Origin: Flavobacteriales bacterium
Lineage (GTDB): Bacteria > Bacteroidota > Bacteroidia > DT-38
Length of the DNA: 64,000 bases
NCBI GenBank assembly: GCA_013214205.1
Contig: JABSPQ010000224.1
Location: 53,756 to 117,755, forward strand
Direction: 5' to 3'
Shown here: positions 10,722-19,606 of the stretch, piece after piece
How the letters are laid out: the number at the start of each line of letters is the position of its first letter
Position numbering within the stretch: the stretch's first letter is position 1
Made by a program: the position numbers and the translations under genes
Notes under the pieces: generated by a model
The model's database searches: none
The model's input: the letters and a program-made list of their open reading frames with translations, nothing else
What the model was told of the DNA's origin: nothing

Positions 10722-10829
10722 TAAAAATTATTTGAAAACAATCAATTTATTGTCGTTTTCATTGTATATTTATTATTTAGACAAAGTTAAGTGTACTAAA
10801 GTATCTATTTTAAATCAAATTCATTTAGA

Positions 10830-13025
10830 TTGCTCACAACAGAGACATCTTTATCCGACCATCTTCAGAAGTTTTTTGGGTTCAATAATTTCAAAGGTCA
10901 TCAGGAAGCCGTTATAAAAAACGTGCTTGCAGGCAACGATACGTTCGTTATTATGCCAACGGGCGGTGGCAAATCGCTTTGCTATCAGCTACCTGCAATG
11001 ATGCAAGAAGGTACTGCCATTATTATTTCGCCGTTAATTGCCTTGATGAAAAATCAAGTTGATGCGATGAGAGGCTATAGCGAAAATAAAAGTGTAGCCC
11101 ATTATTTAAATTCATCTTTAAATAAAACCGAAATCGCTTTAGTAAAAAGTGATGTAGCTAGCGGAAAAACCAAATTACTTTATGTTGCGCCAGAATCTTT
11201 AGGAAAAGAAGACAATATTAGATTTTTATCATCTATCAAAATTTCTTTGTTTGCGATAGATGAAGCCCATTGTATTTCTGAATGGGGTCATGATTTTAGA
11301 CCTGAGTACAGAAAGCTTAGGCCAATGATTCAACGAATTGGGAATGTGCCTTTACTGGCGCTTACAGCAACAGCAACACTTAAGGTACAAAAAGACATTC
11401 AGAAGAACTTAGGAATGGATGCTGCCAAAACGTATAAATCTTCTTTTAATAGAGAGAACTTATATTATGAGGTTCGACCAAAAACAGCTGTTGTTAAAGA
11501 AATCATCAAATACACTAAACTCCATAGTGGCAAATCGGGTATCATTTATTGTCTTTCTCGAAAGAAAGTAGAAGAAATTGCTCAAGTGCTTCAAATAAAT
11601 GGCGTTAAAGCATTGGCATATCACGCTGGTATGGATGCTGGCACCAGAGCAAGGCACCAGGATATGTTCTTAATGGAAGATATAGACGTGATTGTAGCCA
11701 CTATTGCTTTCGGAATGGGAATAGACAAGCCTGATGTTAGGTACGTGATTCACAACAACATCCCTAAGAGTTTAGAAGGTTATTATCAAGAAACTGGTCG
11801 TGCAGGTAGGGATGGCGGAGAGGGCAACTGTATTGCGTTCTACTCTTATAAAGACATCGAGAAGCTCGAAAAGTTTATGAAGGATAAACCTGTTGCGGAA
11901 CAGGAAATAGGCCGACAACTTTTAGCTGAAACGGTTTCTTACACCGAATCTGGCATTTGCAGAAGAAAACAATTGCTTCATTACTTTGGAGAGACTTACA
12001 CACAAGATAATTGCGGAAATTGTGATAATTGTAACAATCCAAAGTCCGAAATTGCGGCTGAGAAAGGGATTATTCAGTTTATAAGTACAATTATTGAAGC
12101 AAAAGAGAAATTCAAGCTAGACCACATCGTAAATGTTTTAATGGGCGAAAGCACCGACGTTATTAAAAATTACAAGCACGAAAACTTGACTAATTTTGGC
12201 ATCGGTTCTGATGAGGATGATTCGTATTGGAATGCAATTGCTCGACAATGCATCATTTCGGATCTCTTAAAGAAAGACATTGAGAGCTATGGCATACTTA
12301 AAGTTACCGATAAAGGAAGATCATTTATCGCAGCGCCTCATCCAGTAAAAATATACAGAGATCATAATTTCGAGGTAGTTGAAGAAAGTCAAGAATCGAT
12401 TTTAAATGAAAAAGCTAAAGTTGGAGGGGCATACGATCTTGAATTATTCGATATTCTGAAAGATTTAAGAAAAACGATCTCAAAACAGAAAAACCTACCT
12501 CCTTTTATCATTTTTCAAGATCCATCTTTAGAGGAGATGACTTGTCAGTACCCTACTACCATAGAAGAGCTAAAGCAAATTAATGGCGTAGGCACAGGTA
12601 AAGCCATTAAGTTTGGACAGCCTTTTATTGATGAAATCAACGATTACATCGAAAAAAACAACATTGTAAGGGCGCAAGATATGGTAATCCGTTCGGCGGT
12701 AAACAAGTCAGCCAACAAAGTGTTTATCATTCAAAATATTGATAAAAAATTACCGCTAGAAGACATTGCTCATTCAAAACAATTATCGGTTGAAAGATTG
12801 ATTGAAGAAATTGAAGCTATTGTTTCTTCGGGCACTAAAGTAAATATCAATTATTACATCAACGACGAGATTGACTCTGACAAACAAGAAGAAATCTATG
12901 AGTATTTTCAAGAAGCTGAAACGGATTCTGTTCAAGAAGCACTCGATGAATTGGGAGAAGACGATTACACCGAAGAAGAGATTAGATTAGTTAGAATCAA
13001 ATTTCTCTCAGAATTTGGCAACTAA
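10830..13025 (+). CDS. recQ: ATP-dependent DNA helicase RecQ
   Basis: FGFNNFKGHQEAVI...MPTGGGKSLCYQLPA, DEAH box (FAIDEAHCISEWGHDFR), zinc-binding Cys cluster, HRDC region; apparent TTG start. Confidence 0.95.
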   Translation: MLTTETSLSDHLQKFFGFNNFKGHQEAVIKNVLAGNDTFVIMPTGGGKSLCYQLPAMMQEGTAIIISPLIALMKNQVDAMRGYSENKSVAHYLNSSLNKTEIALVKSDVASGKTKLLYVAPESLGKEDNIRFLSSIKISLFAIDEAHCISEWGHDFRPEYRKLRPMIQRIGNVPLLALTATATLKVQKDIQKNLGMDAAKTYKSSFNRENLYYEVRPKTAVVKEIIKYTKLHSGKSGIIYCLSRKKVEEIAQVLQINGVKALAYHAGMDAGTRARHQDMFLMEDIDVIVATIAFGMGIDKPDVRYVIHNNIPKSLEGYYQETGRAGRDGGEGNCIAFYSYKDIEKLEKFMKDKPVAEQEIGRQLLAETVSYTESGICRRKQLLHYFGETYTQDNCGNCDNCNNPKSEIAAEKGIIQFISTIIEAKEKFKLDHIVNVLMGESTDVIKNYKHENLTNFGIGSDEDDSYWNAIARQCIISDLLKKDIESYGILKVTDKGRSFIAAPHPVKIYRDHNFEVVEESQESILNEKAKVGGAYDLELFDILKDLRKTISKQKNLPPFIIFQDPSLEEMTCQYPTTIEELKQINGVGTGKAIKFGQPFIDEINDYIEKNNIVRAQDMVIRSAVNKSANKVFIIQNIDKKLPLEDIAHSKQLSVERLIEEIEAIVSSGTKVNINYYINDEIDSDKQEEIYEYFQEAETDSVQEALDELGEDDYTEEEIRLVRIKFLSEFGN

Positions 13026-13192
13026 TTACTTAGGAACATTCTTGTTAAAACCAATTTCATAAATCTATCGGTAATTCGCACAAAACCATCCTATTGCACT
13101 AATAACCCGCTACTTAATAGGTGATTTATCTATTACAGACTGAAAAATAAGCATTTAAATTGTATCTTTCGAAATCAAATAAAACATAAAAC

Positions 13193-15172
13193 ATGCTCAA
13201 ACAGACTAAAAACACAATTTTAGCAACAATATTATTGTTGTTAAGCACAACGATGCTTCATGCGCAAACTGGCTTTAAATTTTCAGGCTGGCAAAATATA
13301 GCAGAAATCGGAGATGATCCTTCTATTCAAATTACCGGTAATGCTATTTCACTTGAAGCATGGATCTTCCCCACTTCTTTTAATCCAGACATAGATCTTT
13401 CCAATATTATAAATAAAGAACAAAATGTACCAGATAGAGGATTTATGTTCAGAATTGGTGGTGCAGGACATTTAAAACTTGTATTAGGCGACAACACATG
13501 GAATAACTATGAAACAGATAGCGTGCTTGAATTAAATGTATGGCAACATGTTGCTGCTACTTACGATGGCGAATATGTAAGAATGTTTGTTGATGGTGTT
13601 GTTGTTGACTCCACAGCAGCTTCGTTTGATATTGCGCCTTCGACTAACGTGCTTCGGATTGGTAATTCAGAAAATGGCTACAACAAGCATACTGGATACA
13701 TTGATGAGGTTAGAATCTGGAACGTGGCAAGAACTCAAGAAGAAATCATTGAGGACATGAACAGACATTATTGTACGCTTCCTCCTATAGGATTACAAGC
13801 TTACTATACTTTTGATGAAGGAACCGGGACAACGATTACAGATCTTTCAGGAAATGGAAATCATGGAGTCCTGCTAAGCGTGTTCGAAAGTAACTGGGTT
13901 GAAGGAGTTGCACTTGCAAAAGGAACTACAGGCAGCGTTACAGAAACTATTTGTGAAGAAAGTTACGAAGGCCCAAATGGCAAAACTTGGACTGACACTG
14001 ATATTTACATTGAAACTTTAACCAACCAATATGGTTGTGACAGTGTAGTTACTTACGACTTAACGTTTGAAACTAATCCGGTAATAGAATTAGGTGAAGA
14101 TCAAGATTTGTGTGATGGCGAAATGGCTATGCTTGACGCAGAAAACACAGGCGCAGATTACCTTTGGTCGGATGGTTCTACAGAACAAACGTTAGAAGTT
14201 TCTTCTGACAACATGTATTCTGTTACGGCTACAAACGCAGGTGCATGTACAGCTACGAGCGAAGTGATTATTTCTTATACAATGTATCCTATTGTTGATT
14301 TAGGACCACATCAAGAATTATGCGATGGTGAAATGACAATGCTTTACGCTGACAACTCAGGTGCCACTTATTTATGGTCGGATGGTTCTACTGAGCAAAC
14401 TTTAGAAGTTTATTTCGACGATATGTATTTAGTTACTGTTACTAATGGTGGGATATGTTCAAGTACAGGAGAGGTAATAGTATCTTATACTACTGCCCCA
14501 TACCTCGAATTAGGAAACGAAATACTTCTTTGTAATGGCGAAATGGTTACGTTAGATGCTGAGAATTCAGGTGCATCTTATTTGTGGTCGGATGGATCTA
14601 CAGATCGAACTTTAGAAGTTTATGATCAAGGCACTTATAATGTTATTGTTACTTACGGAGGAATGTGTTCAACAACTGATGGAATTTCAATTGATGCGCA
14701 TACAACAGATACAACAGTAAGTATAGTATCTGATATAACCTTCATGGCCGAATATGAGAGTCCTGCTACATTCGAATGGATTAATTGTAGCGATATGACA
14801 ACTGTTGGAACAGAACAAAGCTTTACAGCTATGGAAAATGGATCGTTTGCAGTTGTTATTACAGATGACTTTTACGGTTGTCCTAATACATCATCATGCT
14901 ACCAAGTTACCAACGTAGGAATTAATGAATCTGCTCAAACAAGATTGAGTGTTTATCCAAACCCTACGAGTAGTAGAATTAACGTTAACGTTGGCACTAA
15001 AGGCAACTTTAAGGTTAGGGTTACTAATGTGCGAGGACAAGTGGTACGAAGAGCAAGTGCTAAAAACACATCGCAGTATCAAATGGATGTTTCCGATTTA
15101 GGAAAAGGGATCTATTTCATTCATGTTGATGGCCGCGATAGATCGGATGTAATAAAGTTCGTTAAGAATTAA
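13193..15172 (+). CDS. T9SS-secreted adhesin-like protein: signal peptide, LamG/ConA-like lectin domain, three tandem 70-aa Cys-containing repeats, type-A T9SS C-terminal sorting domain
   Basis: Q at +1 after signal peptide; LamG_3-like W.HVAATYDG...RMFVDG; repeats ...LG...LC.GEM..L.A.N.GA.YLWSDGST..TLEV...; C-terminus LSVYPNPTSSRINVNV...GKGIYFIHVDG matches the Por secretion tail. Confidence 0.8.
   Translation: MLKQTKNTILATILLLLSTTMLHAQTGFKFSGWQNIAEIGDDPSIQITGNAISLEAWIFPTSFNPDIDLSNIINKEQNVPDRGFMFRIGGAGHLKLVLGDNTWNNYETDSVLELNVWQHVAATYDGEYVRMFVDGVVVDSTAASFDIAPSTNVLRIGNSENGYNKHTGYIDEVRIWNVARTQEEIIEDMNRHYCTLPPIGLQAYYTFDEGTGTTITDLSGNGNHGVLLSVFESNWVEGVALAKGTTGSVTETICEESYEGPNGKTWTDTDIYIETLTNQYGCDSVVTYDLTFETNPVIELGEDQDLCDGEMAMLDAENTGADYLWSDGSTEQTLEVSSDNMYSVTATNAGACTATSEVIISYTMYPIVDLGPHQELCDGEMTMLYADNSGATYLWSDGSTEQTLEVYFDDMYLVTVTNGGICSSTGEVIVSYTTAPYLELGNEILLCNGEMVTLDAENSGASYLWSDGSTDRTLEVYDQGTYNVIVTYGGMCSTTDGISIDAHTTDTTVSIVSDITFMAEYESPATFEWINCSDMTTVGTEQSFTAMENGSFAVVITDDFYGCPNTSSCYQVTNVGINESAQTRLSVYPNPTSSRINVNVGTKGNFKVRVTNVRGQVVRRASAKNTSQYQMDVSDLGKGIYFIHVDGRDRSDVIKFVKN
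14078..14707 (+). repeat. Three tandem 210-bp (70-aa) intragenic repeats inside the adhesin gene
   Basis: Repeat units start at 14078, 14288 and 14498 (ccg gta ata gaa / cct att gtt gat / cca tac ctc gaa); the conserved block ttatggtcggatggttctac is recognisable in all three copies, exactly in copies 1-2 and with 2 substitutions in copy 3; degenerate half-copies flank them. Confidence 0.8.
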
Positions 15173-15219
15173 TTCCTTCTTCGCAGTAGTTTTTTAACTG
15201 CCCAAGATTAAAATACAAA

Positions 15220-15247
15220 CAAAAGTGCGCACGTGTGCGCACTTTTG
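15220..15247 (+). terminator. Perfect 13-bp-arm palindrome (caaaagtgcgcac gt gtgcgcacttttg): GC-rich hairpin followed by a T-run, an intrinsic terminator for the adhesin gene
   Basis: Read directly: 13/13 complementary arms with a 2-nt centre, 48 nt after the adhesin stop codon, followed by ttttg. Confidence 0.6.
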
Positions 15248-15591
15248 CTGTATTCGGAAGGTTGGTGTAATAGGTCAATTACTCATTTCAAAACCAAAAT
15301 ACAATTGGAATGATAAAGATGTTCAAGTCTGGTCGACGGTTTTGATATTTGGATAAATGATTAACTTCGTTGAACAACAGCTGAATGTTAAAGATATCAG
15401 TAAATAGTAATGAACCCTTTCCTTGTAGAAACATGTATACCCACTTATATCATATAATTGGAGCCATCTGCTTTTCATTAACCAAGCATAATGAAACTTC
15501 GTAAGAAAAATAAAATTAAACTTGCCCTTCTAGGAGTTTTGTATTCCCCATATTTCTATTTTTAATTTTCATTTCTCACCGTTACTACGGA

Positions 15592-16683
15592 ATGTGGAAA
15601 GTTGAACTACAGGAAATCAATTTCCAGTTAAACGAAAAAAATTGGTCAACATTAGATTCACTTAATAATGATGTAATAAATCAAAGAATAATCACTTCTT
15701 CCCATAAAAGATATGTATCCGCTATCTTTTCTGAAAATGACCAAAAATCAAAAATAAAAATAAGACTCAAGGGAGATAAAATTGATCATTACAACACAAC
15801 TCCACCTTCCTATCGTGTAAAAACTAAAAAGGGCTTTACAATACTAGGAGCAAACAAACTTTCTTTCCAAGCCTTAAAGTGTAGAAACTTCCCGATGGAA
15901 TGGATGTACCATAAACTTCTTGCTTCCGAAAATGTTTTGTCCTTAAAAATGGATATTGTTAAGCTAAAGGTCAACAATGTAGAGGTAATTACAACTTACG
16001 AAGAACATTTCACACATTATTTAACAGACCGATTCAATAGGCCTAGAGGTACAATTATTTGTATTTCTGAAGAAATATTTTGGGACAAACATAAAGGGTG
16101 GGCAACCTTAAAAAATGAAGAAAAAATATATTTAAACTCCCCTATTAGGATACTGCATGATGGCAGACCAGATAAATCTTCAGAAACCAACAACGGTGCT
16201 TCACTTTTAGATGACTTTAGAAATCAAAAGAAAACGGTACAAGAGGTATTCGAAATTGAAAAGATCGCCATGTTCTTTGCAATGTCTGACCTTTGTAACA
16301 CCAACCATTCTATAAGATGGCACAATGCCAGATACTATTATAACCCTGTATCGGAAAGATTAGAGCCAGTTGCCTTTGATGCTTCAATTAGAAATTTGAA
16401 AGACCATTTTAATACCGATGACAAAGACATTAAAACGTTTTCAATTGGGAAATTCTTCTCAAATGACGTTTTCCTAGCTGAATATTTCAAATGTTTAGAA
16501 AAGGTCTCTTCAGAAAAATTCATCGATTCATTTCTAATAAATCACAAAAATGAAATTGATAATATGTATAGCAAAACGTACAAAATAGAATTTTTCTATA
16601 ATAGAAGCTCCAGTTTTCTGTATCAAAATGCCGAATGGATAAGAGCTAACATTAAGAGTTATAAAAAGAAATTATTAGATTAA
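15592..16683 (+). CDS. CotH-like atypical kinase family protein (divergent); N-terminus possibly disrupted
   Basis: HNARYYYNPVSERLEPVAFDAS resembles the CotH HN.Y.Y.d..g.w..iPWD.D motif; very AT/Lys/Asn-rich; no signal peptide in frame, but a 24-codon ORF with a hydrophobic N-terminus (15491..15565) lies just upstream in another frame. Confidence 0.45.
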   Translation: MWKVELQEINFQLNEKNWSTLDSLNNDVINQRIITSSHKRYVSAIFSENDQKSKIKIRLKGDKIDHYNTTPPSYRVKTKKGFTILGANKLSFQALKCRNFPMEWMYHKLLASENVLSLKMDIVKLKVNNVEVITTYEEHFTHYLTDRFNRPRGTIICISEEIFWDKHKGWATLKNEEKIYLNSPIRILHDGRPDKSSETNNGASLLDDFRNQKKTVQEVFEIEKIAMFFAMSDLCNTNHSIRWHNARYYYNPVSERLEPVAFDASIRNLKDHFNTDDKDIKTFSIGKFFSNDVFLAEYFKCLEKVSSEKFIDSFLINHKNEIDNMYSKTYKIEFFYNRSSSFLYQNAEWIRANIKSYKKKLLD

Positions 16684-16754
16684 TTATCTAACATTTAAGC
16701 TCTCCTTTCTTTGTTAAATATTGAATCAATTCAGGATATTGTAAATTCGTATTC

Positions 16755-18182
16755 GTGAAATCGCATTTAATTATTTCGGCAAGCATTCTAATTTCTATAA
16801 TAGCTGCGTATTGTTCTGTTGGGTATCACCACTTCGATGAACATTTTCAAATTTTAGAATTTGCAGGGACCAAACTAGGGCTTACCGATCCAAACAATTT
16901 GCCTTGGGAATTTAATGAGCAGATGCGTTCGGCCATTATGCCTGCCATCGCAGTAGTATTTTACAAGGTATCTGCATTCTTCGGTGGAGAAAACCCATTT
17001 AGAGTTGCACTTTACTTACGGATACTATCAGCTGTGTTGTCATTTGTTTCCATGTACACAATTTACGAAGCCTACAAAAAGGAATTTAGACATGTATACC
17101 TCGAAAAAGCATTTTTGTTCCTCTCCTTCTTTCTTTGGTTTACAATTTATAACCACGTTCGATTTTCTCCAGAAAACTGGTCAGGTGTTATTTTTGTTAT
17201 AGCATTTGTACTGTTAATTAAAAAAGGAGATAAGCCTCATACAACCTTTTTAAAAATCGGCCTCCTACTCGGTTTAGCTTTCATTATTCGCTACCAAGTA
17301 GGCTTAATGATTGGTGGACTTATTGGCTGGTTGATTTTAATTAAAAAAGAAAAACTTTTGTCTGTTTTTAACCTGATAATTGGAGGTGTGATTGTTTTTT
17401 TATTAGGCATTGCAATAGACTATTGGTATTATGGAGAATTAACAGTTACGGCTTGGAACTATCTCGATTTAAACATTATCCAAAATAAAGTATCTAATTT
17501 CGGAACCGCTCCTTGGTGGTTTTATATTACCGCTGCCATAGAACATGGCATCCCTCCCTTTAGCTTACTCTATTTAGCAAGCACCTTGCTCTTGATTATT
17601 TTCAAACCCAAAGACCTACTCACTTGGGTATTGGTTCCGTTTCTTCTGATCCATTTTGTAATTGGTCATAAGGAATTAAGGTTTTTGTTTCCAATGATTG
17701 GTTTTCTTCCAGGAATTATTGTGAAAAGCATTGAGCTAATTCAGAATAAGTGGAATATTGAATTAACTCGAAATAAAATTTTCAAACTATTTATGGTTGG
17801 GTTTTGGGTAACCAATTTTGCTTTATTGGCTGTTGTAACTTTAAGGCCTGCCGACAATCAGGTGCCATTGTATAAAACAATCTACAGCAATTACGAACAG
17901 CCAATAACTTTGTATTGCATTGAAGACAACCCATACTACCGAGTTTTATACATTTCTTTTTACAAGCGAGAAAACCTCACTATTAAAACAGTTCAATCTG
18001 TAAACGATATTCCTATCCAAGGAAGGTCTTATTTAATAGTGACAAAAAACTCAGATGAAGCTAAAGAAATCCCCAAAGAAGCAAATTTGATTTACTCTAG
18101 TTTTCCAGAATGGATAAAAATGTTCAATTTTAACGATTGGCAAGAACGAACAAACGAGTGGTTGCTTTACGAGGTAATTTAA
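16755..18182 (+). CDS. GT22-like (ALG9/PIG-B family) polyprenyl-phosphate-mannose-dependent mannosyltransferase, GT-C fold membrane protein
   Basis: N-terminal YHHFDEHFQILEFA ... LPWEF ... MRSAIMP resembles the HPDEhFQ / TWEf / LRS motifs of the Alg9-like family; about 11 TM segments. Confidence 0.55.
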   Translation: MKSHLIISASILISIIAAYCSVGYHHFDEHFQILEFAGTKLGLTDPNNLPWEFNEQMRSAIMPAIAVVFYKVSAFFGGENPFRVALYLRILSAVLSFVSMYTIYEAYKKEFRHVYLEKAFLFLSFFLWFTIYNHVRFSPENWSGVIFVIAFVLLIKKGDKPHTTFLKIGLLLGLAFIIRYQVGLMIGGLIGWLILIKKEKLLSVFNLIIGGVIVFLLGIAIDYWYYGELTVTAWNYLDLNIIQNKVSNFGTAPWWFYITAAIEHGIPPFSLLYLASTLLLIIFKPKDLLTWVLVPFLLIHFVIGHKELRFLFPMIGFLPGIIVKSIELIQNKWNIELTRNKIFKLFMVGFWVTNFALLAVVTLRPADNQVPLYKTIYSNYEQPITLYCIEDNPYYRVLYISFYKRENLTIKTVQSVNDIPIQGRSYLIVTKNSDEAKEIPKEANLIYSSFPEWIKMFNFNDWQERTNEWLLYEVI

Positions 18183-18187
18183 TTGAC

Positions 18188-19606
18188 ATGAATTTTAAGA
18201 ATATCCATAGTATTTTCTGGCTCATTACCTGTTCTGTTTTTTTAATACTAACAGTTCCTGTTTTGCTACAAGATGGCATGTTTTTGGACGGAGTTACATA
18301 CAGCGCAGTGTCAAAAAACCTAGCCATGGGAATTGGCGAATTTTGGAAACCACATTACACCCAAACCCTATACCCTGCTTTCTACGAACATCCTCCGCTA
18401 GGTTTGTGGATTCAATCTGTATTTTTTCAAGTACTTGGCAATAGCATGTACACCGAAAGAATCTACTCCTTAGTCACTGGCATGCTAATCGCGCTGGGCA
18501 TATTTATGAACTGGAGGCTCTTTACCTTCAAAACAGATTATAGAAAACTCGCTTGGTTCCCGGTTCTCTTATGGACATTAACTCCTTTGGCTTTTGATGC
18601 CGTTAGGCGAAACTTATTAGAAAACACTATGGCCGTTTTCTGCCTGTTTTCTATCTATTTTATTTGTAAGTCGTTGCGCACCAAAAACATTATTCCGGGC
18701 TTAATTGGTTCTGCCCTTATACTTGGAGCCTTTTTAACCAAAGGCTTAGTTGGTTTGTTTCCGATGGCCGTTGTATTTATATATTGGGTTGCGCTTAAAG
18801 AAATAAAACTTACACAAGCCATCGCTTACAGTATTATAGCTGTACTAACTCCTCCCGTGCTCTTCTACATTATTTCGTTTTTCAGCAAAGGAGCATTAGA
18901 TAATTTGATCGGTTATTTCAACAATCAAATTTTTCAAACCTTTGTAGAAAACAACGACCACACCACAACCAATCGTTTTGCCATTATAGGCTCCTTATTA
19001 GAACAGCTCATCATCTCTATGGTAATTGTTGCACTGATTGTTGCTTGGAAGAAAAAGAAAGATTTACCGATGGAGTTTCCATTGGGGAGGCTGTCCGTAT
19101 TTTTCATCTTGATAGGCCTGAGTGCCTCTTTGCCGATTACGCTTAGTTTAAAACAAAGATTGTATTACCTACTACCATCATTGTCGTTTTTCGCATTGGG
19201 ATTTAGCTGTTTGATAGTGCCCGTATTGAGTAATTTCCTAAACAAAGTAAAACCGTCTTTTCAATCTCGTTTAAAGATTGTAGCTATTGTTTTAGCGGTG
19301 GCAACAATCGTAGTTTCTTCTTTAAGTATAGGGAAGGTAGGAAGAGATAAAGACGATTTACATGATGTTGCCGTACTGTCCGATTTCTTTCCAGAGGGAA
19401 CTGTAATTTCTACGACCAGTGATTTGTGCTTTAATTGGGGATTAGTAGCCTACCTAGCTAGAGTTGGGTACATCAGCTTAGATTGCAACGTTGGTCACGA
19501 CTACTATCTAATTAGGAATTGGGAAAAGCTAAAAGAGCCTATGGAAAAGGAATATCAGTTAGTTGATCTCGATTTGACCTCCTACAAACTTTACAGAATG
19601 AATTAG
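18188..19606 (+). CDS. GT39/PMT_2 (ArnT-like) glycosyltransferase family membrane protein
   Basis: Polytopic GT-C protein with a periplasmic-loop DG..Y...S motif near the N-terminus (LQDGMFLDGVTYSAVS); start taken at ATG 18188, since the ORF-track start 18137 overlaps the previous gene. Confidence 0.5.
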   Translation: MNFKNIHSIFWLITCSVFLILTVPVLLQDGMFLDGVTYSAVSKNLAMGIGEFWKPHYTQTLYPAFYEHPPLGLWIQSVFFQVLGNSMYTERIYSLVTGMLIALGIFMNWRLFTFKTDYRKLAWFPVLLWTLTPLAFDAVRRNLLENTMAVFCLFSIYFICKSLRTKNIIPGLIGSALILGAFLTKGLVGLFPMAVVFIYWVALKEIKLTQAIAYSIIAVLTPPVLFYIISFFSKGALDNLIGYFNNQIFQTFVENNDHTTTNRFAIIGSLLEQLIISMVIVALIVAWKKKKDLPMEFPLGRLSVFFILIGLSASLPITLSLKQRLYYLLPSLSFFALGFSCLIVPVLSNFLNKVKPSFQSRLKIVAIVLAVATIVVSSLSIGKVGRDKDDLHDVAVLSDFFPEGTVISTTSDLCFNWGLVAYLARVGYISLDCNVGHDYYLIRNWEKLKEPMEKEYQLVDLDLTSYKLYRMN

